A stretch of 64,000 nt of DNA from the NCBI GenBank assembly GCA_963663545.1, contig OY760505.1:896001-960000 (forward strand), read 5' to 3'. Positions 9,673 through 20,379 of the stretch are shown here, piece by piece; the stretch's first letter is position 1; every line of letters begins with the position of its first letter. Both the position numbers and the translations under genes were made by a program. Under the pieces are notes generated by a model that saw nothing but the letters and a program-made list of their open reading frames with translations, was not told the origin of the DNA and ran no database searches. Origin of the DNA: Candidatus Delongbacteria bacterium (lineage in GTDB: Bacteria; CAIWAD01).

Positions 9673-10851
9673 CTACATCAAACCCGCCTCGCGGTGTTTG
9701 GCGACGATTGCGTCCGCCAACTCTTCGAGGGCGTGATACGCTTCCTCGCGCGGCGCACCCTTGCAGGCAACGCCGGGCAGCGTATCCAGCTTCAGGCCCG
9801 CCAGCAACGCACCAGCGTCGTCCATGCCCTTCTTGGACCAGCCGTAGGAGCCGACCATGGCGCAGAATTGCGTCTTGGGCTTCAGTGCATTGGCAATGGT
9901 CGCCGCGTAGGCAATCAGCGGATGCGGGCCGCCTAGCAGACTGGAGGCACCCACCACGATGGTCGCTGCGTCCACCAAGTGCAGAGCCAGTGCATCACCA
10001 CTGGTCACTGTCAGATCCAGCAGGGCGACTTCTACACCCTGCCTGGTCAGTGCACCTGCCAGATGTTCGACCATGTGACGCACGCTGCCGTGCATCGAGA
10101 CAAAGGGAAGCACAACCTTGTTGTGACACGGACCGGAAACCCAGTCGTGATACAAATCAAGGATGAACTTCGGGTTGTCATAGACCGGACCGTGCGAAGG
10201 CGCGATGATCTTGAAATCCACTTCCGCCAGTTTATCCAGGTTCTTCTTGATGAACTTGGCGTAGGGCATCATGATCTCGGCGTAGTAGCGTTTGGCGGCG
10301 TCTTCCACTAAGGGTAGATTGCGCGCGTAGAGATCGGCACCGGCCACGTGTGATCCAAAAAAATCGCAGCTGAAGAGAATGCCTTCCTCTTCCAGCAGAC
10401 TGACCATGGTCTCCGGCCAATGCACCCAAGGCGTATGGAAAAAGCGCAGCGTGCGATCGCCAAGGGAAAGTGTATCACCGTCCTCGACCACGTCAATGCG
10501 ATCCGCATCCAGCGGCAGCAGATCCAGCAGCATATCCTTGCACTTGGGGCTGCAGATCACGCGCGCTTCAGGGTAACGCTCCATGACCCAGGGTAGCGAG
10601 CCGGTGTGATCCTGCTCGGCATGGTGGGCGACGATGTAATCCAGCCGGGGCACATCGGCAAGCTGCTCAAGCAGATCTTCAAACTTGGTGGGATCCACAG
10701 TTTCCAGCAGGGCCACCTTCTGGCTGCCGCGGATCAAATAGGAGTTGTAGCTCGTGCCGTGCGGAAGGGGCATCAGGGCGTCAAAAAGACTGCGATCCCA
10801 ATCCTGGGCGCCGGCCCAGTCCACACGATCCGATATCGGACGTCGTTGCAT
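9673..10851 (-). CDS. fprA: FprA-type flavodiiron protein
   Basis: GTSYNSYLI, HHAEQDHTGS, PWVHWPET, FSCDFFG and IAPSHG motifs, then flavodoxin-like SMHGS and GSYGWS. Confidence 0.92.
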   Translation of the reverse strand: MQRRPISDRVDWAGAQDWDRSLFDALMPLPHGTSYNSYLIRGSQKVALLETVDPTKFEDLLEQLADVPRLDYIVAHHAEQDHTGSLPWVMERYPEARVICSPKCKDMLLDLLPLDADRIDVVEDGDTLSLGDRTLRFFHTPWVHWPETMVSLLEEEGILFSCDFFGSHVAGADLYARNLPLVEDAAKRYYAEIMMPYAKFIKKNLDKLAEVDFKIIAPSHGPVYDNPKFILDLYHDWVSGPCHNKVVLPFVSMHGSVRHMVEHLAGALTRQGVEVALLDLTVTSGDALALHLVDAATIVVGASSLLGGPHPLIAYAATIANALKPKTQFCAMVGSYGWSKKGMDDAGALLAGLKLDTLPGVACKGAPREEAYHALEELADAIVAKHREAGLM

Positions 10852-10941
10852 GCTAAACCTCAATACTAACGGGGGCCGCTCCCTGCGACCAGGCTTCAAA
10901 GGTAATGCATGCAGATCAAGGCGCGCCAGCGGGACGCGCCC

Positions 10942-12558
10942 TTAGTCGTGTTCCGGCTTGCCATCCAACGCTCGGCGAATGGCATCGGCGTAGTGCGCCA
11001 AATTCACCGGCTTGCGCAGAATACGCAGTCCTTCGATGCGCGACATGCGATTCAAAGCCGCCGACTCCAGCTGTCCCGTGCAGATCAGAATGGGCAATTG
11101 AGGTCGCAGCGTGCGCACCTCCTCAGCCAGCTCGTCGCCCGTCATGCCCGGCATGGTCAGATCGGTGAGCACCAGATCCACCGCATCACGGTTTAGGTTG
11201 AACCAGGTCATGGCTTCGGCTGCATCGGTAAAGGCCACGACCTGATAGCCGAGTCGCTTCAACAGGCGCTGATAGAGGCGAACGATGACGTCCTCGTCGT
11301 CCACCACCAGCAAGCGCTCGCCACCGCGCGGCATGTCCACATTGGAGTCGACCTGTGTATCACTGGCACTAGTCTGCAGGCAGGGCAGCTGAATGCGAAA
11401 TGTAGTACCCACGCCAAGTTCGCTGTCCACCGTGATACGTCCCTGGTGACCGCTGATAATGCCGTGCACGACGGCAAGGCCAAGACCGGTGCCCTTTCCC
11501 TGCTCCTTGGTCGTAAAATAGGGCTCGAAGATGCGCGACAGCAGTTCGGCAGGAATGCCCGTACCTGTATCACGCACTTTCAGCAGCACCCAGTCGGCGT
11601 CCTCTTCGTGCACCTTGTCCAGCACCAGCTCGATGCTTCCGCCCTGTTCCTCCAGCGCGTGGGCCGCATTGGTGCAGAGATTCATCAGCACTTGGTGAAT
11701 CTGCACAGGATCGCCCAGAATCATGTCGCCGGAGCGGTTGAGGCTCAGTCTCAGATCAATGGTGGAGGGCAGACTTGCCCGCAGCAGTTTGAAGACTTCC
11801 TTGGCTAGACTGGAAAGCAGCAGCGGTCGCAGTTCGCTCACATTCTGCCTGCCTAGCGAGAGGATCTGCTGAATCAGCTGTTTGGCGCGCAGGCTTGCGC
11901 TCAGAATCTGGCTCAGTCGCTCATCCTCGCCCTGCACCCGCTCCATGTGCAGTAATTCGGCATTGCCGATGATGGCCGCCAGAATGTTGTTGAAGTCGTG
12001 GGCGATACCGGCAGCCAGGGTGCCGATGGCCTCCATCTTCTGGGAATGCCAGAGTTGCTGCTCCAGCTCTTTGCGCTCCGCTTCCATCCGCCAGCGTGCC
12101 CGCAGGTCGTGTATCACAAGCATGCCGTAGTATTGCTTGCGGTATTCCACCTTGCCCACCGTCAGTTCAACCGGAAGGTCGTTGCCGCTTTGCATTGGCA
12201 AGACAGCTTCGATGGTTATGCTGTGACGGCGACCGGGTTTGCCCTGATCCAGCCATTGACGCAGGCGTCGTGCCGTTTCCTCATCCACCAGATCCATCAG
12301 CGTACAATCGCGAAGCTCATCGGCACTCCGCTCCAGCAGCGGCCCCATGGTCTGATTGAAATCCAGCAATCGGCCCGTGTTCAGGTCCAGCAGCGCAAGT
12401 CCTTCATGCGACTGATCCAGCAGAGCGCGAAATCGCTCCAGCTCGCCCAGTTGGCGCTTTAGCTGCGGGAAGTAGCTCTTTTGAATCGATTGTTCGCCCA
12501 GACCAATGATGCGGTCACGCAGTTGCTCTCGATTCTTATGGTCAGCGGAGTCTCTCAT
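10942..12558 (-). CDS. PAS-containing hybrid sensor histidine kinase (ErcS-like N-terminus)
   Basis: [18 protein letters not shown]-terminus, [14 protein letters not shown]-box, [15 protein letters not shown]-terminal REC. Confidence 0.9.
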   Translation of the reverse strand: MRDSADHKNREQLRDRIIGLGEQSIQKSYFPQLKRQLGELERFRALLDQSHEGLALLDLNTGRLLDFNQTMGPLLERSADELRDCTLMDLVDEETARRLRQWLDQGKPGRRHSITIEAVLPMQSGNDLPVELTVGKVEYRKQYYGMLVIHDLRARWRMEAERKELEQQLWHSQKMEAIGTLAAGIAHDFNNILAAIIGNAELLHMERVQGEDERLSQILSASLRAKQLIQQILSLGRQNVSELRPLLLSSLAKEVFKLLRASLPSTIDLRLSLNRSGDMILGDPVQIHQVLMNLCTNAAHALEEQGGSIELVLDKVHEEDADWVLLKVRDTGTGIPAELLSRIFEPYFTTKEQGKGTGLGLAVVHGIISGHQGRITVDSELGVGTTFRIQLPCLQTSASDTQVDSNVDMPRGGERLLVVDDEDVIVRLYQRLLKRLGYQVVAFTDAAEAMTWFNLNRDAVDLVLTDLTMPGMTGDELAEEVRTLRPQLPILICTGQLESAALNRMSRIEGLRILRKPVNLAHYADAIRRALDGKPEHD

Positions 12559-13720
12559 AGAGTTGTATCACGTCCTCTTGTTGCGGATTCCTGGGATTGG
12601 TCACCAGACACGGGTCGGCCAACGCAGCCCCGGCCAGTCTGGGCAGAAAATCCCGTTCCAGCTCGCTCAGGCTGCGATCAACACCGACATCCTTGCGCAA
12701 ATGATGAATGCTGGCGATCGCTTTGTCTACACTGCTGCCTGTACCCTCTTCCAACCAGGGCACACGGCTGCGCAGGTAGTCCATGCGCGCTTCAATAGCA
12801 GGGCGGTTGAAATCGATTACGTGTTCCAGCAGCAGCGCGTTGCACTCGCCGTGGGGTAAATCCAGCAGGCCACCCAGCGCGTGTGCCATGGCGTGCACTA
12901 AGCCCAGGCTGGCATTGCTGAAAGCCAGTCCTGCATAAACGCTTGCCAGAAGCATGCGCGCACGCCACTCCTGGTTGCCGGGGTGATCCAGCGCCTGCCG
13001 CAGGCTTTCGCCCACGAGCTGAATGGCGACAATGGCGTTCTCGCTGGTGATGTGGCTGCGGGCGTTTGAACACCAGGCCTCGATGGCGTGGGTCAGTGCG
13101 TCCAGTCCGGTACACGCTGTCAGATAGTCGGGCATGGAAACGGTCATCTGCGGATCCACCAGCGCGGCGTCCGGAATCACGGTTTTGGAGATGATGGCTT
13201 CCTTGACACGGGTCGTCGTGTTGTTGATAATGGCAAACTGCGAAAGCTCAGCCGCGGTACCGGATGTTGTGGGCAGACAAACCAAGGGTGGCGAAGGAAT
13301 GGGCACCCGGTCCACGCCGGTGTAATCGAGGATGTGGCCGCCATTGCTGGCCACCACACCAATGCACTTGGCGCAATCCATTGGACTTCCGCCGCCGAGA
13401 GCGACAATGCCGTCCGCGCCCGTGTCGGCAAAGACCTTCACTCCTTCCATCACCTCAAAATCGCGCGGATTGGCACTGACCTTGTCGAACACATCCGCAC
13501 TGATACCCGCTTTGCGTAGATGGGCCAGAACCTCGTCCACCATGCCGGTTTGACGCACACCCTCATCCGTGACCAACAGGACGTGATTCAGCCCCAGGTT
13601 GTGGCAATAGCGGCCGCTTAGTTCGGCTGCACCCGCACCGAAGACAAACTCGGGCGCCACAAATTTACGCAGCTCGAGCAGCTCGCGGGTTTCTCCGGGA
13701 TTCTTTGCTCCAGTGGGCAT
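12542..13720 (-). CDS. Iron-containing alcohol dehydrogenase, ErcA-like
   Basis: LRKFVAPEFVFG, GGGSPMDCAK, PTTSGT, DALTHAIE and HAMAH...HGECN motifs; overlaps the kinase gene. Confidence 0.88.
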   Translation of the reverse strand: MPTGAKNPGETRELLELRKFVAPEFVFGAGAAELSGRYCHNLGLNHVLLVTDEGVRQTGMVDEVLAHLRKAGISADVFDKVSANPRDFEVMEGVKVFADTGADGIVALGGGSPMDCAKCIGVVASNGGHILDYTGVDRVPIPSPPLVCLPTTSGTAAELSQFAIINNTTTRVKEAIISKTVIPDAALVDPQMTVSMPDYLTACTGLDALTHAIEAWCSNARSHITSENAIVAIQLVGESLRQALDHPGNQEWRARMLLASVYAGLAFSNASLGLVHAMAHALGGLLDLPHGECNALLLEHVIDFNRPAIEARMDYLRSRVPWLEEGTGSSVDKAIASIHHLRKDVGVDRSLSELERDFLPRLAGAALADPCLVTNPRNPQQEDVIQLYERLR

Positions 13721-13921
13721 GAGCTTCCACCTCTCCTTGAGTCCTGGGCGTGGCCCGGACCAATCTCGCGCGGGCGGTTCTCCCGTTACGAATGCCCTGC
13801 GCGCACGTCAAAGCTACCCCTGCTATCGGCAATAGTAGCCATAGTATTGAACAGCGTCAATCATGAGCTGCTGGAGTTCTCGCTCTATGCAAACTCAGTC
13901 TGAACAGGCGCATGTCGGCCC

Positions 13922-15880
13922 TCAGTCCAGACAGATCACACGATAAAACGAAAGCGGACCCTCGAGCGAAAGAAGAAGTTCGGTGGAGGTAGTGAGGGTC
14001 AAGGGAAGCCAGGGTCCGTAAGCCGACTCGGCAATTTCAACACGATAGGCATGTGCAACACTCAGCGGCTGCCACTGCAAAAACAAGCTCCCGCCGTTTA
14101 GGGAAAGATGCAACTCCGGCGCAGGCGGGGCCAGGCGGCGCAGACAGTCGAGCACCGGCAGGCCGCGCCCCAAGGCGTCAAAGTGCGAAAGGTTTTCATG
14201 CCCAGTACAAAGAGCGGAGGCCTGGACCGCTGGCTCCCAGAAACAGAAGCCCAAACCAAGGCCATTGGGCAGAGTGCGTATCAGCTCCAGCACATCGCCA
14301 GCCAAGGCCGCTTGCCCAATTGGCGTAGCCGGATACCCCGACAGCAACTGGCTTTCCAGCCCGACAATGTTGCCGCAGTCGTCCCACCAGCCTAGCGAGA
14401 AGGGATAGGCGTGTTCGACCACCAGCAGGCGCTTGCCGTAGCGCGTGGCCAGGTCGCTGAGATTGGCACTCAACGCAGCCAGATCACCGTGCCACCAGGG
14501 ATACCAGGAAAGCGCAATGACGTCGAAGTCGCACAGAGGCGAAAGACTGTCGATGAAGTGACGCACAAGCTCATTCTGCCCGCCAGCCGCCAAGTGCAGC
14601 AGTAGTTGTGGACGGTGCTCGCCGTCGCAGACCGCGTCCACACCCGCCATGGCATGCAGCAGCAGATTGGAGAGTGACGCCCACTGCGCAGGCGTGTCCT
14701 GCTGCACACTGCCCGCTGGCCAGAGCATGCCTCCGTTGATCTCGTTCCCCAGCTGCAGATACTGCGGTAGACAGTCCGCGTTGGCAAAAGCGCTGAGCAC
14801 ATCGGCGGTGTAAGCCTCCACCGAATCCGCCAGCGTCGCTTCGTCCAGGCCTTGCCAGACAGCGGGCGGCGTTTGTTGTCCCGGATCAGCCCATGTATCA
14901 CTGTAGTGCAAATCAAGTAGCAATTGAAAACCAAGTGACCGGGCGCGCAGCGCATGAGCCAGTGTGCTATCCAGACCCTGCCAGGCTTCAGCGGGTGTGT
15001 GCCACAAACGCAGACGCAGCAAATTGAAATCATGTCGCCGATAGATCACTTCGGCGCTGCTGGCGCTGCCCAGGCTGTCACTCCAGCTCGCGCCGGCAGC
15101 CTCCATTTGCGGGCCCCAGGAATTATCCAGGCCCAACAAGAGCTGGTCGACCGGTGTTACAGCACCGCTGCTTCCGAAACGCACCTCGACGGAGGCCAGC
15201 TCCAGTAGCCCGTTTCCGTCTTCGTCCATCTCGCCGCAGGTGCGCCGAAGCTCACGATCATCGCCACTTTCCCACACCACAGTCTCTGGATCGTCGCGGT
15301 CTTCGAGCACCAGCTTCCAGGGTTGAGTTGTGCCACTCAGCGAGTCCAGTTCGAGCTGCAAGTGATACAACTCTCCCGCCAGCGACTCGAACTGCGGTCC
15401 CGGTCCCCAGCTGCCCATTCCAGGATGGGCACCGCGCAGGGTCAGCGCCTGTAGCGCCGGATCAAAGAGCCCGGTGATACGCGCGCTTGTCATGTCGGCG
15501 AGTATTTCTACTTCCACAGCGGCTACCGGGCACGCCAGGCTATCGTCATTGAACCATACACTCGGTAATTGTAGCTCATCGTCCTGGGCATAAAAGCTAC
15601 GGTTTGCACCTTCCTCCCAGAGTAGTTCCTGCCCGTCGTGGATCACAAATTTGTATTCGTGCGCTCCTTGTGACAGCTCTATGCTTCCGTGATACAGGCT
15701 GTCACCCGTAGTCCACAGACCTTGCCCTTCCCAGCCGGACCAGTCGCCATGAACACAGACAGAGTCCGTTGCCGGGTTAAAAAGCCCGTTCTGTGCTGCC
15801 ACAGCCATCTGCAATTCAAAGTGAACCGTAGTGCAAAGGGCCACCTTCATACAGGCCAGTATGCAAAGTAGGCGTATCAC
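13922..15880 (-). CDS. Secreted GH53 endo-beta-1,4-galactanase with N-terminal CBM20-like modules and a C-terminal beta domain
   Basis: RLRLWHTP, LLDLHYSDTWADPGQQ, QLGNEIN..MLWP, SWYPWWHG and FWEP motifs; GTG start overlaps the upstream stop. Confidence 0.88.
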   Translation of the reverse strand: MIRLLCILACMKVALCTTVHFELQMAVAAQNGLFNPATDSVCVHGDWSGWEGQGLWTTGDSLYHGSIELSQGAHEYKFVIHDGQELLWEEGANRSFYAQDDELQLPSVWFNDDSLACPVAAVEVEILADMTSARITGLFDPALQALTLRGAHPGMGSWGPGPQFESLAGELYHLQLELDSLSGTTQPWKLVLEDRDDPETVVWESGDDRELRRTCGEMDEDGNGLLELASVEVRFGSSGAVTPVDQLLLGLDNSWGPQMEAAGASWSDSLGSASSAEVIYRRHDFNLLRLRLWHTPAEAWQGLDSTLAHALRARSLGFQLLLDLHYSDTWADPGQQTPPAVWQGLDEATLADSVEAYTADVLSAFANADCLPQYLQLGNEINGGMLWPAGSVQQDTPAQWASLSNLLLHAMAGVDAVCDGEHRPQLLLHLAAGGQNELVRHFIDSLSPLCDFDVIALSWYPWWHGDLAALSANLSDLATRYGKRLLVVEHAYPFSLGWWDDCGNIVGLESQLLSGYPATPIGQAALAGDVLELIRTLPNGLGLGFCFWEPAVQASALCTGHENLSHFDALGRGLPVLDCLRRLAPPAPELHLSLNGGSLFLQWQPLSVAHAYRVEIAESAYGPWLPLTLTTSTELLLSLEGPLSFYRVICLD

Positions 15881-16791
15881 GACAGCACCACTCCAGTAAT
15901 CCAATGCCACATCGGCAGTGTTACAAGTGACAGCACAATGCCCACACCCGCCAGTGAAGCCGCCAGCTCGGGTTCCAGATCCGCTTCAGCCGCCAGTACA
16001 CTGGCGGTTACCATGGCGGGCATGCCAGCCTGAAACACGCTGATCTGAGCGGGAAGGCCTTGCCAACCAAAGAGCAGGCAGTACAGAAGACAGAGCGCCG
16101 GAACCACCAGCAGCTTCAAGCCCAGCCCCAGTGCCAGCATGCGTTTGCGGCCTTTGGCCAGACGCAGTTTGAGCTGCAAGCCAACGGCAAACATCACCAC
16201 CGGCACCATAGAATTCTCGGCCAGCTCGAGCACTTCCGCGATGGGTCCCGGCCATTGGTGACCGCGCATTGCCAAGCCGATGAGTAGCGCAACAAAGGGT
16301 GGAAAGGTGAAAATGCGACGCAGCAGCAGCAGCGCTGTCGGTCGCTGTTCGCCCGAATAGTACGCGGAGGCCATGGTCGCGTAAATGCTGACCCCCAGGA
16401 AGGACCCCAGCTGGTCGTAGAGCAGCGCCGGTAGCAGGTTGTCCGGACCGTACCAGACACGCGTCATCGGAATGCCCAGGAAACCCGTGTTGCCCAGTGG
16501 TACAACCAGCATCAGTGCGCCTGTGACACTGCGCGGTAATTTGAGCATGCGTGATACAAGCCAGACCAGCAGAACCGATCCTGCCTGTGTCATCCAGGCA
16601 GCGATCACCGGCGTCAGCATGCCGGATTCCAACTCCAGCCCGGGCATCTTGTGCATCACCAGCGCGGGCAGGGAAACCCAGATCACGAAGCGGTTCAGGG
16701 TCTGCGCACTCTGCGGCAGAAAAGTGCCGGACACGCGTAGCGCCTTTCCCAGGCCAATCAGTGCGAGGATGAGTAGAAAGGTGGCGATGAT
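15877..16791 (-). CDS. AEC (auxin efflux carrier) family transporter; probable non-canonical start
   Basis: LNRFVIWVSLPAL, GNTGFLGIP, GL.LKL and QAGMP motifs; the first TM helix lies upstream of the first canonical start (GTG at 16734). Confidence 0.85.
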   Translation of the reverse strand: MIATFLLILALIGLGKALRVSGTFLPQSAQTLNRFVIWVSLPALVMHKMPGLELESGMLTPVIAAWMTQAGSVLLVWLVSRMLKLPRSVTGALMLVVPLGNTGFLGIPMTRVWYGPDNLLPALLYDQLGSFLGVSIYATMASAYYSGEQRPTALLLLRRIFTFPPFVALLIGLAMRGHQWPGPIAEVLELAENSMVPVVMFAVGLQLKLRLAKGRKRMLALGLGLKLLVVPALCLLYCLLFGWQGLPAQISVFQAGMPAMVTASVLAAEADLEPELAASLAGVGIVLSLVTLPMWHWITGVVLS

Positions 16792-16802
16792 CGGCTCTCC
16801 TC

Positions 16803-17723
16803 TTACTTGGCCCTGCTTCCCAGTAGAAATCGGATAGGCTCATCGATGCGCGCAGACCAGGAGCGTTCGGAGTGCTCGTGTCCAGGATAGTGGCGGTTGG
16901 TGAAGTCACGATCGGGCACCCAACCCATGTGCATCAGGGCCAGGTTGGCGCGCATCTGGTACGGCAGATAGGCCGCATCCAGCGTTTGATCACCATGATC
17001 GAAATACAGACGACGCCCCTGCGGCTCTTGTGGATGCTGCTCGAGGAAGTTGACCAATGCGCCATCGCCAGCAGGCCAGTGCGTGGAGACACAAGCGGCG
17101 GCTCCGTAAATCTGCGGCCTCTGCCACAGCGCGTAACACGAGATCAAGCCACCCATGCTGCTGCCGAGGAGCCAGGTGTGCTCACGATCAGGCAGTGTAC
17201 GCCAATGCTCGTCCACCCACGGTTTCAGGATCTCGCTCATCCAGACGAGGTAGGCGTTTCCCTCCATCGGCTGATAGCGTTGCAGGTCCTGCTGGCCCGT
17301 TTCCGTTGTGATACAACACTCAAGCGCCTCTTGCGGGGTCAACTCCTGCAATCGCTTCGGTGTGTTACAAATGCCGACAACGATGGGAACCAGCTCACCT
17401 GCAGCAGAAAAGCGGTTGAGACACTCATCAAGCTGCCATTCCACTCCGATGAAGCTGCTGTCCGCGATGAACAGATTCTGGGCATCCTGTGCGTACAGAA
17501 CGGGCCAGTGTTTGTCGGGCTGCTGCTCATAGCCTGGAGGTAGCCAGATCATCAGGGGGCGTGGATCGATATCCCTGAAAGGCGCATTTGTGATGTAGAG
17601 CAGTGTGTCGCTGGAAGTCTGTGTCACACCGGGGTCCTCCGGCGTCTTCGCGCAGACTTGCAGCGAAAGTACAACTCCGGTCAGCAGGTAGAGCAGGGCT
17701 CGGGAATAAAGCGGAGCCATCAT
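16803..17723 (-). CDS. Alpha/beta-hydrolase (putative esterase), secreted
   Basis: Signal-like N-terminus; IWLPPGY, PVLYAQDAQNLF, GSSMGGLIS nucleophile elbow and HEHSERSW. Confidence 0.88.
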   Translation of the reverse strand: MMAPLYSRALLYLLTGVVLSLQVCAKTPEDPGVTQTSSDTLLYITNAPFRDIDPRPLMIWLPPGYEQQPDKHWPVLYAQDAQNLFIADSSFIGVEWQLDECLNRFSAAGELVPIVVGICNTPKRLQELTPQEALECCITTETGQQDLQRYQPMEGNAYLVWMSEILKPWVDEHWRTLPDREHTWLLGSSMGGLISCYALWQRPQIYGAAACVSTHWPAGDGALVNFLEQHPQEPQGRRLYFDHGDQTLDAAYLPYQMRANLALMHMGWVPDRDFTNRHYPGHEHSERSWSARIDEPIRFLLGSRAK

Positions 17724-18424
17724 GCAACAGTCCTTTCGTATTGCAGGGCATTGCCCTCCTTACCGGCAATGCTGAGCAGATCCAGTTTACGCAGACAGTA
17801 GCAGACTTGCTGCGACAAGCGTCTGCTGCAAGCAAGCGCCTGCGCCAGTTCCTTGGTGCCAAAGGGCTCCTTCAACCCGGTCGGCAACAAGGCCAGCAGA
17901 TCGACAGGATCGGCGAAGATGTGACTGCGCTCGATTGAAAGCAGACGACGTTCAACCACTTCCCAGCCACCACGACGCCGGCAACGCTTGCTGGTACTGG
18001 GCCTGCGCACTTCTTCCTCGTGAATCAAGAGCACTTGCAGACGAAAATTCTGCTCGGCCAGCAACTCCGGTGCCGCCACCAATTCGCGACACACTGAAAT
18101 CAGCTCATCGTGCAGAGGACTACGACGTCGGCTCAGCTCCTTGCCGGATTCGTCCTCGCGAACGATGACACGCTCGGCGGCCAGCGGCATCACAACACGC
18201 ACGACGTGATTCGGCAGGAGGCGTGCCAGTTTGCGCCGCATCTGCCCCAGACCGCGCGTCTGAACCTCAATCAGTTCTCCGTCGCGCAGAATGTCGATCA
18301 CATGCCCGTCCAGCGGTTGTTCAAACAAGTCACCGCGCACGGCCAACCACTGCTTCAACGACGAGTGCAAGCCTCGTTCATTCAGGGTGCCAATCAAGGG
18401 GCTATCTGCAGTGGCACGTGTCAC
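17720..18424 (-). CDS. Hypothetical protein, possible PD-(D/E)XK nuclease-like fold
   Basis: IGTLNERGLH..LK, VIDI...IEVQT and a C-terminal HTH-like segment; GTG at 18424 overlaps the upstream TGA. Confidence 0.6.
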   Translation of the reverse strand: MTRATADSPLIGTLNERGLHSSLKQWLAVRGDLFEQPLDGHVIDILRDGELIEVQTRGLGQMRRKLARLLPNHVVRVVMPLAAERVIVREDESGKELSRRRSPLHDELISVCRELVAAPELLAEQNFRLQVLLIHEEEVRRPSTSKRCRRRGGWEVVERRLLSIERSHIFADPVDLLALLPTGLKEPFGTKELAQALACSRRLSQQVCYCLRKLDLLSIAGKEGNALQYERTVA

Positions 18425-19692
18425 GCATTCCTCCGCGAAAAATCGGGATCGTGTATCACACAGGCGCTTGCTGCTGCACGACCGGCCATGGTCCCTGAGG
18501 ACCAAGCCCATTGCAGATTGAAGCCGCCCTCGCGGCCGTCGACGTCCAGCATCTCGCCGCAGAGGTACAGGCCGGGCTGGTCCTTCAACTCCAGGCTCTT
18601 CAAACTGCAAGCCGAAAGTGGAACTCCTCCTGCGGTGACTTTGGCCACACTCCAGCCCAGATCGCTGCGCAACGGGAGTTCACCCGCGCTAAGCTCCTCG
18701 TACAGGCGCCTGCGTTGCTCGCGCTTCAGTTGACTCCCCTGTTGAGTGGATTCCAGTCCGGCCAACCTCAGCAGACAGTCCAGCAGGCGCGCAGGCAGAA
18801 GACCGTCCAGCTGGGCTGCCAGGGATTTTGCCCCTTGCAGACGCTGTTCCAGATCCTCGCGGTCCAGGAGGCACCAGCGCGTGCGTATCACGGCATGTTC
18901 TCCGCGCGAACGTGACACAAGCACATGGCGGCTGAGATCAAGCACGGCAGGCCCGGAGGCGCCCTGATGCGTCAGTAGCAGTGGACCCCTGCTGCGAGCC
19001 AACACTTTACCGCTCGCCAAAACAAGGCTGAGCTCGACCTCCTGTGTCACACCGGAAAGCGTAGTCAGCGGATGTCGCGCTGGCAAGCGAAAGGGCACAA
19101 GTCCTGGTAACAAAGGTTCGTTCAGCGGGAGCTTGAGTTGGCGCAAGAAGCCGAAAGCCTTCCCATCACTTCCCGTGCGTGGCAGGCTGCATCCACCACA
19201 GGCCAGAATGACTCTCTGAGCGCTGTAGTCACCGTTACTGCATCGTAGTACGAAACCACCCGCCACGGGCAGTACTTGTAACACGCATTCCTCGAAGAGC
19301 AAGCGCACTCCGGCAGCACGCGCCTGCTTCAATAGGGCATTCAATACGTCGCCGGCTCGGTCGCTCGTGGGAAAGAGCTTGCCCGCGTCCTCCTCATAGC
19401 AGTCGACGCCGGACTCGGCAAAGAAGCGCAGGGTTTGCTCGACCGTCAGAGCGCGTAACACGCGGTCGATTTCTTTGGGTTCGGCCCCCGCGAAATCCGC
19501 AGGGCGTACGATGGTGTTGCTAAGATTACAGCGCCCGCCGCCGCTGAGCAGCAGTTTGCGTCCGGGTCGCGGGCCGCGCTCCAGTACCGTGACACGACAC
19601 CCCGGTTGCTGACGAGCCGCCTGAATGGCCGCCATCAGTCCGGCTGGACCGGCTCCGACCACGAAAAGGCCGGGTTCATTCCTCGTACACAT
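18421..19692 (-). CDS. HI0933/BaiN-family NAD(P)/FAD-dependent oxidoreductase
   Basis: VGAGPAGLMAA, GRKLLLSGGGRCNLSN, GSDG, VTAGGV and GEMLDVDG..GGFNLQWAWSSG motifs. Confidence 0.92.
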   Translation of the reverse strand: MCTRNEPGLFVVGAGPAGLMAAIQAARQQPGCRVTVLERGPRPGRKLLLSGGGRCNLSNTIVRPADFAGAEPKEIDRVLRALTVEQTLRFFAESGVDCYEEDAGKLFPTSDRAGDVLNALLKQARAAGVRLLFEECVLQVLPVAGGFVLRCSNGDYSAQRVILACGGCSLPRTGSDGKAFGFLRQLKLPLNEPLLPGLVPFRLPARHPLTTLSGVTQEVELSLVLASGKVLARSRGPLLLTHQGASGPAVLDLSRHVLVSRSRGEHAVIRTRWCLLDREDLEQRLQGAKSLAAQLDGLLPARLLDCLLRLAGLESTQQGSQLKREQRRRLYEELSAGELPLRSDLGWSVAKVTAGGVPLSACSLKSLELKDQPGLYLCGEMLDVDGREGGFNLQWAWSSGTMAGRAAASACVIHDPDFSRRNA

Positions 19693-19765
19693 TCGCGCTC
19701 CCACAAGGCAGAGAAAGGGGACGACGGAAAAACCGCCGCCCCCATCAACAAACTTCAAGCTACAA

Positions 19766-20377
19766 TCAGTCGCCGAACTCTTCGTTGTAGTCGGCCATGG
19801 AAGCCTCTACTACTTGCAGCGCGTGATCCAGGCCGTAGACCTTCTCGATGGAGGTCGTGCTCTCCTGTCCCGGAATCAGCTTGTAGGTACTGAAGTAGTG
19901 GGTCAGACGGTCTACCAGAGCGCTTGGCAGATCCTCCAGATCGTGCACCTGTCCCCAGATATTGTCCTTCTCCAGAATGGCGATGATTTTGTCGTCGGCC
20001 TCGCCCTGATCGATCATCTGCAAACCGCCCACCACTCGCGCCTGCAACAGAATTTCCGCCTGGCTGATGGGACGCTCGCTGATGACACAGATATCCAGCG
20101 GATCACCGTCGCCGCTTTTTGCCACTGGCGAAAGTGATTTCACGCGCCGTCCGCAGTAGGTGCGGGGAATGAACCCGTACAGCGCGGGAGGATGATTGCT
20201 GGAACGCTGGGGCCGGTCGACTTTCAGGTAGCCCGTCTCTTTATCAACCTCGTACTTCACCAGGTCGAAGGGTGTAATCTCGATGTAGGCCGTTACCACT
20301 CGCGGTGCTTGCTCACCGGCTCCCAGGCCGTGCCAGGGATGCGGTCGCCAGCGGTAGAAGGGCTTTGGAAAGGACAC
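19766..20377 (-). CDS. ppa: Family I inorganic pyrophosphatase
   Basis: [29 protein letters not shown] and GEADDKII motifs; GTG at 20377 after a GAGG SD. Confidence 0.93.
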   Translation of the reverse strand: MSFPKPFYRWRPHPWHGLGAGEQAPRVVTAYIEITPFDLVKYEVDKETGYLKVDRPQRSSNHPPALYGFIPRTYCGRRVKSLSPVAKSGDGDPLDICVISERPISQAEILLQARVVGGLQMIDQGEADDKIIAILEKDNIWGQVHDLEDLPSALVDRLTHYFSTYKLIPGQESTTSIEKVYGLDHALQVVEASMADYNEEFGD

Positions 20378-20379
20378 GT

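Noticed and set aside
13846..13861. FNR/CRP-like box ATTGAACAGCGTCAAT upstream of the ErcA-like gene
   Set aside because: It has two mismatches to TTGAT-N4-ATCAA and occurs once, which is too weak to call.
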